NCBI GenBank assembly: GCA_965279325.1
Contig: OZ257154.1
Location: forward strand, 5,030,510-5,094,509
Reading direction: 5' to 3'
Length of the DNA stretch: 64,000 nt
Origin: Burkholderiales bacterium
Lineage (GTDB): Bacteria > Pseudomonadota > Gammaproteobacteria > Burkholderiales > Ga0077523
Shown here: positions 26,441-34,226 of the stretch, piece after piece
How positions within the stretch are numbered: position 1 is the first letter of the stretch
Layout: the number at the start of each line of letters is the position of its first letter
Position numbers and translations under genes: made by a program
Notes under the pieces: model-generated
The model's database searches: none
What the model saw: only the letters and a program-made list of their open reading frames with translations
What the model was told of the DNA's origin: nothing

Positions 26441-28231
26441 ATGAATCGGTATTGCCTTGCAGCTGCGTGGGCCCTGGGTGCTTCCATGGCATGGGCGGAA
26501 TCCGGAACGGTCGACGATGCGCGCCTGCTGGGCGCCGGGACGGATTCCGGTAACTGGCTCACCTACGGGCGCGACTACACCAATCAGCGCTTCTCCGCGC
26601 TCACGCAGATCGATGCCGCGAACGTCGGGAAGCTGGCCCCGCGCTGGCTCTACCAGAGTGGGGTTGCGGGGACGTTCCAGGCCACCCCGATCGTGGTGGA
26701 CGGGACGATGTTCCTCTCGTTGCCCTTCAATCACGTGGTCGCCCTCGACGCGCGCACCGGGCGCGAGTTGTGGCGCTACACCCACAAGCGGCGCACGCAG
26801 AAGATGTGCTGCGGTCCGGCCAATCGCGGCGTCGCGGTCGCGAACGGCAAGGTCTTCATGGGCACGGTGGACGCGCGCCTCGTGGCGCTCGACCAGAAGA
26901 CCGGGAAGCTCGTCTGGGACACACCGCTCGTGGAGGACATGGACGGTGCCACCGAACGTACCGACCAGCTCGCGGCCGACGATCCCCTGCGCAAGCAGCA
27001 GACGACCGGCTCCACGGGCGTGGGCGCGAACATGGCGCCCATCGTCTTTCGCGGCAAGGTGATCGTGGGCATCACCGGCGTGGGCTACGGCCTGCACCTC
27101 GATTCCGATCGCCCGGGGGCGCCGATCGGTGCCGTGGTGGGCATCGCGGGCCAGAGCCAGCGCGCGGGCTTCTATGCCGCGTTCGACGTCGAGACCGGCA
27201 AGCGCGCGTGGCAATTCGATTCCACGACCGAAGCGTGGGTAGGCGAGTACCGGACGACGACGCCGGACGGCGAACCGTTGCAGCGGGACATCGAGCGCGA
27301 GAAGGCGTCTGTCCCGCAGTATCGCGATGCGTGGAAGCGCGGTGGCGGCTCGGCCTGGGCCACCCCCGCGTTCGATCCGGCGCTGGGCCTGATCTACGTG
27401 GGCATCGGCAATCCGTCGCCGCAGATGGACGACATGACCCGGCCGGGCGACAACCTCTACACCGTCTCGCTCGTCGCGCTCGATGCGGAGACCGGTCGGC
27501 TGCGCTGGCATTTCCAGGAGGTGCCGCACGACATGTGGGGTTACGACGTGGCGAGCCCGCCGGTGTTGTTCGATGCGCAGGTGGACGGCAAGACGGTGCC
27601 CGCCCTCGCGCACGCGGGCAAGACCGGCTGGGTATACGTCGTCGATCGCCGCGATGGCAGGTTCCTGTTCAAGTCGGAACCCTTCGTGCCGCATTCGAAC
27701 ATGTACGCGCGACCGACGGCCGAAGGCATCGACATCGCCCCCGGTGCCGCCGGCGGCTCGAACTGGTCCCCGATGTCCTACGACGCGCGCAGCGGTCTCG
27801 CGTACGTCGCGGCGCTGCACATGCCGACGCGTTTCTCGGTGAAGGAAGTCCCCGCCACGGCCGACAAGCCCGCGTTGCGCTATACGATCCTGGAGCCGGT
27901 CGCAGGCCCGACGTGGGGGACGCTCACCGCCATCGACCTGCAGGATCGCGGCAGAATCCGCTGGCAGGTCAAGACGCCCGAGCCGTTGCTGGGGGGCACG
28001 CTCGCCACTGCGGGCGACATCGTCTTCACGGGCGAGGGCAACGGCGATTTCAGCGCGTTTCATTCGCGCACCGGCGAGCAGCTCTGGCGCTTCAACTGCG
28101 GAGCGGGCGTGAATGCGCCGCCGGTCACCTACGAAATCGACGGGCGCCAGTACATCGCTGTGGCTGCCGGAGGCAGTGCGATTCTCGGGTATCGGCAGGG
28201 AGAGACCGTCGTCGTGTTCGCGCTGCCGTAG
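26441..28231 (+). CDS. PQQ-dependent dehydrogenase, methanol/ethanol family
   Basis: ATG at 26441 with signal peptide. Vicinal Cys pair KMCCGPANRGVA. Repeated W-motif propeller blades. The first ~300 codons of track ORF 25520..28231 are antisense to the enolase-superfamily gene. Confidence 0.85.
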   Translation: MNRYCLAAAWALGASMAWAESGTVDDARLLGAGTDSGNWLTYGRDYTNQRFSALTQIDAANVGKLAPRWLYQSGVAGTFQATPIVVDGTMFLSLPFNHVVALDARTGRELWRYTHKRRTQKMCCGPANRGVAVANGKVFMGTVDARLVALDQKTGKLVWDTPLVEDMDGATERTDQLAADDPLRKQQTTGSTGVGANMAPIVFRGKVIVGITGVGYGLHLDSDRPGAPIGAVVGIAGQSQRAGFYAAFDVETGKRAWQFDSTTEAWVGEYRTTTPDGEPLQRDIEREKASVPQYRDAWKRGGGSAWATPAFDPALGLIYVGIGNPSPQMDDMTRPGDNLYTVSLVALDAETGRLRWHFQEVPHDMWGYDVASPPVLFDAQVDGKTVPALAHAGKTGWVYVVDRRDGRFLFKSEPFVPHSNMYARPTAEGIDIAPGAAGGSNWSPMSYDARSGLAYVAALHMPTRFSVKEVPATADKPALRYTILEPVAGPTWGTLTAIDLQDRGRIRWQVKTPEPLLGGTLATAGDIVFTGEGNGDFSAFHSRTGEQLWRFNCGAGVNAPPVTYEIDGRQYIAVAAGGSAILGYRQGETVVVFALP

Positions 28232-28250
28232 GGTCCGCAAGCGTATTGCA

Positions 28251-28375
28251 GCGACGCTGGGTTCGGCGTGTGCCCCCCATCCCGACCTTCCCCCACGACT
28301 GCGTCGCGGGGGAAGGAGTGTACCCCCCCTCCCTCGACGCAAGGCGGGGGAGGGCTGGGGAGGGGGCAGCGTCGC
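28251..28375. repeat. G/C-tract composite palindromic element, copy A (96-nt core at 28272-28367, flanked by a 9-bp outer stem)
   Basis: Layout: L arm GCCCCCCATCCCGACC, hairpin TTCCCCC..GGGGGAA, spacer GGAGTGTA, hairpin CCCTCCCTC..GGGGGAGGG, R arm CTGGGGAGGGGGC. Flanks GCGACGCTG / CAGCGTCGC pair perfectly. Confidence 0.7.
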
Positions 28376-28437
28376 GCGATGCCTGTCACGGCTTCTAACC
28401 GTGGGATAGCATCACCGTTTTCTCGGAGATTCCCGCG

Positions 28438-29310
28438 ATGAGTGTCGTTGCCCAGAACGTCCGCCCCCGGCGCAGCCTGCTGTTCGTACCGGCCTTGCGT
28501 CCGGACCGCTATTGGAAGGCCCTCGATGCGGGCGCCGACATCGTCTGCATCGACATGGAGGACGCCGTCGCGATCGATCGCAAGGACGAAGGTCGCACGC
28601 TGACGCTGCCACTGTTCGCGCAGGCCTCGCATCCGCAGGTCGAGCGCATGGTACGCATCAACGGACTGTCGACCTATCACGGTCTCAAGGATCTGCAGGC
28701 GCTGGTCGAATCGTCCGCGCCGCCGCCTTCGATCATGATTCCGAAGGTGCGCAGCGCGGAGGAGATCCAGCTCATCGATGCGCTGCTCTCCGCAGGACCG
28801 GCGAGCACCATCCGCTACTGCGTGATCATCGAGACCAACCAGGGTCTCGAGCGTGCGATCGAGATCGCGAAGTCGAGCCCGCGCATCGACTCGATGATCC
28901 TCGGCGCCGTCGACATGTCGGCGGATCTGCGCTGCGTGAAGGCCTGGGAGCCGCTGCTCTACGCGCGGTCACGCCTTGTGCATGCGGCCGCCAGCGCCGG
29001 CATCGATCTGCTCGACGTGCCCTTTCTCAATCTCGATGATCCGGACGGTCTCGCACGCGAGGCACAGGCGTGCGTGCAACTGGGTTTCACCGGCAAGGCT
29101 TCCATCCATCCGAACCAGATTCCCATCATCAACGCGGCGTTCTCGCCGAGCGCGGCGCAGATCGAGAAGGCACGCAAGGTGTGCAAAGCCTTCGAGCAGA
29201 GTTCGAGCGGCCTCGTGGTCGTCGACAACGAACTCATCGAACTCCCTGTGGTGCGTTCGTACTACCGGATGCTCGCCATTGCGGAACGCATCGATGCGAA
29301 GCAGGGGTGA
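28438..29310 (+). CDS. HpcH/HpaI aldolase / citrate lyase beta subunit (CitE)-like lyase
   Basis: RRSLLFVPALRPDRYWKALDAGADIVCIDMEDAV and IIETN..L motifs typical of CitE/malyl-CoA lyase-like proteins. Confidence 0.8.
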   Translation: MSVVAQNVRPRRSLLFVPALRPDRYWKALDAGADIVCIDMEDAVAIDRKDEGRTLTLPLFAQASHPQVERMVRINGLSTYHGLKDLQALVESSAPPPSIMIPKVRSAEEIQLIDALLSAGPASTIRYCVIIETNQGLERAIEIAKSSPRIDSMILGAVDMSADLRCVKAWEPLLYARSRLVHAAASAGIDLLDVPFLNLDDPDGLAREAQACVQLGFTGKASIHPNQIPIINAAFSPSAAQIEKARKVCKAFEQSSSGLVVVDNELIELPVVRSYYRMLAIAERIDAKQG

Positions 29311-29332
29311 CCGAGCTTTACAGTCGGTCACC
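29306..29332 (+). terminator. Stem-loop overlapping the CitE-like stop codon (possible terminator)
   Basis: Perfect 9-bp stem GGTGACCGA/TCGGTCACC with a 9-nt loop. Downstream is only weakly T-rich. Confidence 0.3.
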
Positions 29333-29596
29333 GAAAAGCCCGCCGTTTCTGTTGGATTTCTTTACACAAGGCCCAATTCCCGACTGTCGCCTAACTGCAA
29401 CAGTCTGAGCCGACGGCAGTTCTGGCAATCGGCGCGATTCCTGCTGAACGTGATGTACCTGGCCTTCGACACCGCGAACACTGTTCGCCCCATGAGATGT
29501 CGGGGAGGGGACCTGTCTCTCGCTCGTGCGGATCCGTCCCGCGACGAGTTTTTGCGAGAGTCCACAACTAGCAGCTATTGCGGATCGAGTCGAACC

Positions 29597-30220
29597 ATGC
29601 TCCAGAGAAACTTCCCGGAATCAGGGCATCGAGCGGCAACGCCGGCCTTCGCTACGAAGCGGATCGGCAGCGCCCGCCAACAACAATACGTGCTGTTCAT
29701 CGAAGCGTTGATGGTCGCCTCCGAGCGGCGCTTCCGGAGCCGTGGCGGTTCCGGACCCTTGAGCGTCGAGCATGCCGTGCAGTTGGCTCACGTGCTCTGC
29801 ACCGAGGGTGGAATCACCGACGACATCACGCTCGCTTCGGCCGTGCTGCACGACATCGGTTTCGATGCGCGCATGGCACATACGGAACTGCGCAGGCAAT
29901 TCGGCCCCGTCGCGGCGGCCGTGGTTGCCGAGCTTTCCCAGGAGTCGATGCCGCGCGAGGGTGCTCCCACTGTCCTGAGCCAGCGCGCCAAACTGGTGCG
30001 ACTCGCGGTCCAGATCCAGCGCATCCGTGATCTGGCACAGATGTCGAACGACGCCACACCCGAGATCGAAGCTGCCATCCGGGCCGACGCCACCACCATC
30101 GTGGAAGGGCTGCGCGGTACCCACTCCACGCTCGAGATCCTGTTCCACGAAGAGTGCGAGCAAGCCTCCCTCGCCATGGCCGAAGGTGTGCTGACGGCCG
30201 TGTTCGGGCGAGCCCGCTAA
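29597..30220 (+). CDS. Divergent HD-domain protein (SpoT/Mesh1-like hydrolase fold)
   Basis: ATG at 29597 inside ORF 28976..30220. SAVLHDIGFD....ELRRQFGPVAAAVVAELSQ resembles the (p)ppGpp-hydrolase HD region. Upstream codons overlap the CitE-like gene and a low-GC spacer. Confidence 0.55.
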   Translation: MLQRNFPESGHRAATPAFATKRIGSARQQQYVLFIEALMVASERRFRSRGGSGPLSVEHAVQLAHVLCTEGGITDDITLASAVLHDIGFDARMAHTELRRQFGPVAAAVVAELSQESMPREGAPTVLSQRAKLVRLAVQIQRIRDLAQMSNDATPEIEAAIRADATTIVEGLRGTHSTLEILFHEECEQASLAMAEGVLTAVFGRAR

Positions 30221-30278
30221 GCCACCCCGACACCCGCCGGAGGGTGATCGAAACCGCCGACAAGCGTATCGTCGGCGG

Positions 30279-31394
30279 GTGACCCAGGACCGAGTAGCTC
30301 CGAACCCGTTGCTGGCGGCGGGTTCCGGGGCATTGTTGCCATTCCCGACACCCCGGCCGGCCGGCGGTCATCGGCCGGGCTACCGCTTGGGCCCAGCCAT
30401 CGTCAGGGCCGCCCTGTGCGGGCTCGTCGCGTTCGGGATCAACCCGCTGGCGTTAGCCGTGATGGCGGGTGCCGAGCCGGACATGCCCTCCAGCCGCGTC
30501 GATCCGAATTTCGCGGCGTCCACCTGGGCGAGCGTGGGCAGCGTGGTCGTGAAGGGTGCAGCGTACTCCGGGGTGCTGATCACACGGCGGCACGTGCTCA
30601 CCGCCGGACATGTCGCCGGCGGCGACCCCTCCCACATGGAGTTCGTCCTCAACGCGGGCGGCGATGCCTCCCAGCGCATCGCGGTGAAGTCGGTTCACCG
30701 CAATCCCGAGTTCAAGGGTTTCGACCCGAAGCGCCCGAACGACGACATCGCGATCCTGGAACTGGCCGAACCCGCGGCGTCCGACATCGTGATCCATCCC
30801 ATCGCGGCCGGGCATTTTCCCCAGGGAGTGCAGTTCACCGCGGTCGGCTACGGCGGCAGCGGCCACGGCGATGCGGGCGTGACGATCAACGCGTCCCCCA
30901 CCGTCAAGCGCGTCGGAAGCAACAATGCCGATGCGTTCGTGGCGGATGAAGGCGGCAGCGGGCGCATCGAGGCGTTCATCTTCGACTTCGACGGCCCGGG
31001 CGCGCGCAACGTGCTCGGCGGCGAGGGGCTCGGCAACGACGTGGAGACCACGTTCGCGGGCGGCGATTCCGGCAGTCCCTCGTTCGTGCGGACCCACTCC
31101 GGCTGGGTCCTGTTCGGCATCAACACGTTCATCTTCACCTTTCCGGACGGGCCTACCAAGGGCAGTACCTTCGGCACCGGCGGCGGGGGTGTGATCGTGG
31201 GTGCGTACCGGGAATGGATCGAGCAGGTGCTGCGTGCAACGGCGGCGGTGCCCGAGCAGGGCAGCCTGCTGCCGCGGTGGATCCGGTCCCCGCACACTGG
31301 CGGTCGTTCGTTTGCCGCGCGAGAATCCACGCCGGCCGGGACGCGCGGCCCGATGCGCTCCGCCTCACTCCGTCCGCTAGCGAACATCCCATGA
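30279..31394 (+). CDS. Trypsin-like (S1 family) serine peptidase, secreted
   Basis: Catalytic triad contexts LTAGHV, NDDIAILEL, GGDSGSP. The likely true start is the in-frame TTG at 30387, which gives a signal peptide (GPAIVRAALCGLVAFGINPLALAVMA). Stop overlaps the selD ATG (ATGA). Confidence 0.75.
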   Translation: MTQDRVAPNPLLAAGSGALLPFPTPRPAGGHRPGYRLGPAIVRAALCGLVAFGINPLALAVMAGAEPDMPSSRVDPNFAASTWASVGSVVVKGAAYSGVLITRRHVLTAGHVAGGDPSHMEFVLNAGGDASQRIAVKSVHRNPEFKGFDPKRPNDDIAILELAEPAASDIVIHPIAAGHFPQGVQFTAVGYGGSGHGDAGVTINASPTVKRVGSNNADAFVADEGGSGRIEAFIFDFDGPGARNVLGGEGLGNDVETTFAGGDSGSPSFVRTHSGWVLFGINTFIFTFPDGPTKGSTFGTGGGGVIVGAYREWIEQVLRATAAVPEQGSLLPRWIRSPHTGGRSFAARESTPAGTRGPMRSASLRPLANIP

Positions 31395-32440
31395 ATGCAC
31401 CCGAATCGAAAATCCGGCTCACGCAGTTCAGTCACGGCGGCGGTTGCGGCTGCAAGATCGCGCCCGGTGTGTTGCGGGAGATGCTCTCGCACGGCGCGTC
31501 CGGCGTGTTGCCGAAGCAGCTGCTCGTGGGTATCGAGACCTCTGACGATGCGGCGATTTACCGCCTGAACGACGAGCAGGCGATCGTCGCGACCACGGAC
31601 TTTTTCATGCCCATCGTCGACGATCCCTTCGACTTCGGACGGATCGCCGCAACCAACGCGATCTCCGACGTGTACGCGATGGGCGGCACGCCGCTGTTCG
31701 CCCTGGCGCTCGTGGGCATGCCCATCAACCAGCTGCCGATGGAAACCATCCGCGGCATCCTGAAGGGTGGCGAGTCCGTGTGCGACGCGGCGGGCATTCC
31801 GGTGGCCGGCGGCCACAGCATCGATTCCGTCGAGCCGATCTACGGCCTGGTAGTGATCGGGCTCGTGCATCCCGATCGGGTCAAGCGCAACGCCGGTGCG
31901 AAGCCCGGCGACGTGCTGCTGCTCGGCAAGGGGCTGGGCGTGGGCATCCAGAGCGCGGCGTTGAAGAAAGGTGAGCTCGACGCCGACGGCTACGCTGCGA
32001 TGCTCGCCAGCACGACCAAACTCAACACGCCGGGTACCAGGCTGTCGCAACTCGAAGGCGTTCATGCGCTCACCGACGTGACCGGTTTCGGACTGCTCGG
32101 ACACCTGCTGGAAGTGTGCCGTGGTTCCGGGGTTGGAGCGATCGTGAGGCGGGCCGACGTGCCGGTTCTGCCGGGCGTGGAAGCGTTGCTCGCGAAGGGA
32201 TTCAGGACCGGCGCATCGCCACGCAACTGGGCAGGGTATGGCGACAGCGTCGACCTCGGAAGCCATGGCGAAGACGTGAAGGCGCTGTTCACCGACCCGC
32301 AGACGAGTGGAGGATTGCTGGTGGCGTGTGCGCCGAATGCTGTCGATGAGGTGCTGGCGCTGTTTCGCAGCGAGGGTTTCAACGACGTTGCCGTGATCGG
32401 CGAGATGGTCACCGGCCTGCCGCGGGTGAGCTTGTGCTAG
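31391..32440 (+). CDS. selD: Selenide, water dikinase (selenophosphate synthetase), Cys form
   Basis: LTQFSHGGGCGCKIAP glycine-rich loop with Cys. DDAAIY, TTDFF..IVDDP and AISDVYAMGG motifs. 349 aa. Confidence 0.9.
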   Translation: MNAPESKIRLTQFSHGGGCGCKIAPGVLREMLSHGASGVLPKQLLVGIETSDDAAIYRLNDEQAIVATTDFFMPIVDDPFDFGRIAATNAISDVYAMGGTPLFALALVGMPINQLPMETIRGILKGGESVCDAAGIPVAGGHSIDSVEPIYGLVVIGLVHPDRVKRNAGAKPGDVLLLGKGLGVGIQSAALKKGELDADGYAAMLASTTKLNTPGTRLSQLEGVHALTDVTGFGLLGHLLEVCRGSGVGAIVRRADVPVLPGVEALLAKGFRTGASPRNWAGYGDSVDLGSHGEDVKALFTDPQTSGGLLVACAPNAVDEVLALFRSEGFNDVAVIGEMVTGLPRVSLC

Positions 32441-32503
32441 ATTCGATGCGTGTCGCGAAGGTAAGAAGTCGACTCTGAAGGTGCAGTTCAACGGAGGCAG
32501 CGC

Positions 32504-32914
32504 ATGAAAGCCGTATCGAAGTTCGCGTCGGGCATCGCAGTGCTCGTGATCGTGGGGCTCGGGCTCGGCGGCATGTCAGCGGCCCTGCGCGCGGCCGAAG
32601 AAGGCGCGGAGGTGGTGAACGACATCCCGATGCCCACGGATGAGGCGGCGATCGCGCTCGGCAAGACGCGCTTCGGCGAGAAATGCGGTGGCTTCTGTCA
32701 CGGCAGCGGCGGCAAGGGCGGGCGCGCGCCATGTCTCATCTGCGGCAAGTTCAAGCGCGGCGGCAAGGATTCGCAGATCGCCGCCAACATCGCGAACGGC
32801 GTCGAAGGTACGGCGATGGGTGCATTCAAGGACGCATTGACGAAGGAAGAGATCCTCGCGGTCGTCGCCTACCTGCGCGTCGAACAGAAGAAGAAGGAAG
32901 CCGAGTCGCAGTAG
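32504..32914 (+). CDS. Membrane-anchored or secreted c-type cytochrome
   Basis: CGGFCH (CxxCH), with a distal Met in GVEGTAMGAF. N-terminal hydrophobic anchor. ACGGAGG SD. Confidence 0.75.
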   Translation: MKAVSKFASGIAVLVIVGLGLGGMSAALRAAEEGAEVVNDIPMPTDEAAIALGKTRFGEKCGGFCHGSGGKGGRAPCLICGKFKRGGKDSQIAANIANGVEGTAMGAFKDALTKEEILAVVAYLRVEQKKKEAESQ

Positions 32915-32941
32915 TTCCGCGCGACCATTGGGAGGGAGACC

Positions 32942-34036
32942 GTGATGACGAGAGCCTCGAGGTGGTGGGCGGCTGCGCCCATGGTGTTGTTGACCGGTGT
33001 GGCGTTCGCGCAGGGCGTGCCGCGTTTCGCCGTGGATGCGGACTGGCCGAAGCCCCTGCCGGAGAACTGGATCCTCGGGCAGATCGGCGGCATCGCCGTC
33101 GGGCCCGACGACCACGTGTGGGTGTATCAGCGTCCACGCACGCTGTCCGATGATGAACGCGGCGCCGTGGCGAATCCGCCGCTGTCGAGATGCTGCGCAC
33201 CCGCGCCACCGGTGATCGAATTCGATGCCGAAGGCAAAGTCGTCGGCGCGTGGGGTGGTCCGGGCCCCGGCTACGACTGGCCCGAGAGCGAACACGGCAT
33301 CGGCATCGATGCGCAGGGCAACGTGTGGCTCGCCGGCAACGGCAAGTCCGACCATCAGGTGCTCAAGTTCACGCGTGACGGAAAATTCCTCATGCAGATC
33401 GGTCGCGGTGGCGAGACCGGGACCAGCAATACCACCGACCTCCTGGGCCGGCCCGCGTTGCCCGTGGTGGACGATGCCGCGGGCGAGTTGTACATCGCCG
33501 ACGGCTACAAGAACCGTCGCGTGATCGTCTTCGATGCCACGAGCGGGAAGTACAAACGTCACTGGGGTGCGTATGGTGCCGCGCCCGATGATGCCGATCC
33601 CGGGCCGTACGATCCGAAGGCCTCGGTGGCGAAGCAGTTCCGCAACCCGGTCCATTGCGTGCGCATTGCCCAAGATGGACTGGTCTACGTCTGCGACCGC
33701 GTCAACGACCGCTACCAGGTCTTCCGGAAGGACGGCCGGTTCGTGACCGAGGTTCTACTCGATACGCAGACGCGCTCCATGGGATCGGTCTGGGACATCG
33801 GCTTCTCCGATGATCCCGGCCAGAAATATCTGTACATCGCCGACGGCTCCAATAACGAGATCCACGTGGTGTTGCGGGAAAACGGTGAGCGTGTCGCGAG
33901 CTTCGGGCGGGGTGGCCGCCAGGCTGGCCAGTTCCACTGGATCCACACCATGGCCGTGGATTCGAAGGGCAACGTCTATACGGGCGAAGTCGATTCCGGC
34001 AAGCGCGTGCAGAAGTTTCGGCGGGTGAGGGAGTAG
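32942..34036 (+). CDS. Secreted NHL-repeat beta-propeller protein (PAL-like)
   Basis: Signal peptide. Repeated blades of type G..G.F..PHG/ VAVD..GNVYV, e.g. GELYIADGYKNRRVIVFD, LYIADGSNNEIHVV, VDSKGNVYTGE. Confidence 0.7.
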   Translation: MMTRASRWWAAAPMVLLTGVAFAQGVPRFAVDADWPKPLPENWILGQIGGIAVGPDDHVWVYQRPRTLSDDERGAVANPPLSRCCAPAPPVIEFDAEGKVVGAWGGPGPGYDWPESEHGIGIDAQGNVWLAGNGKSDHQVLKFTRDGKFLMQIGRGGETGTSNTTDLLGRPALPVVDDAAGELYIADGYKNRRVIVFDATSGKYKRHWGAYGAAPDDADPGPYDPKASVAKQFRNPVHCVRIAQDGLVYVCDRVNDRYQVFRKDGRFVTEVLLDTQTRSMGSVWDIGFSDDPGQKYLYIADGSNNEIHVVLRENGERVASFGRGGRQAGQFHWIHTMAVDSKGNVYTGEVDSGKRVQKFRRVRE

Positions 34037-34040
34037 CGCT

Positions 34041-34226
34041 GCCCCCATCCCCCGCCTTCCCCCACGACTGCGTCGCGGGGGAAGGAGCGTACTGCTCCCT
34101 CCGTGATACACGAACGAGGATGCAGGAAGGAGTGCTGGCGAACGACGGCGACGCGGCGAGGTGTACGTCCCCTCCCCCGTCGAAGATGGGGGAGGGTCAG
34201 GGTGGGGGAACGGTCAAGGTGGGGGC
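34041..34226. repeat. G/C-tract composite palindromic element, copy B (interrupted, with duplicated R arm)
   Basis: L arm and first hairpin are identical in loop to copy A. A roughly 75-nt insert follows, then the second hairpin CCCCTCCCCC..GGGGGAGGG and two R-arm copies. Overlaps the last codons and stop of the MFS gene. Confidence 0.7.

Noticed and set aside
26339-28342. 667-aa minus-strand ORF.
   Set aside because: It is antisense to the PQQ dehydrogenase, Arg/Gly/Asp-rich, and has no recognisable motifs.
28976-29596. Upstream 200 codons of the 414-aa ORF 28976..30220.
   Set aside because: This part overlaps the CitE-like gene out of frame, then crosses a low-GC non-coding spacer. HD-domain similarity begins only after the ATG at 29597.
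31240-31394. Possible degenerate PEP-CTERM at the C-terminus of the S1 protease (AAVPEQGSLLPRW...).
   Set aside because: After the VPEQ motif there is no hydrophobic helix or Arg cluster in this frame or in either shifted frame (all three were translated by hand). The resemblance is limited to four residues.
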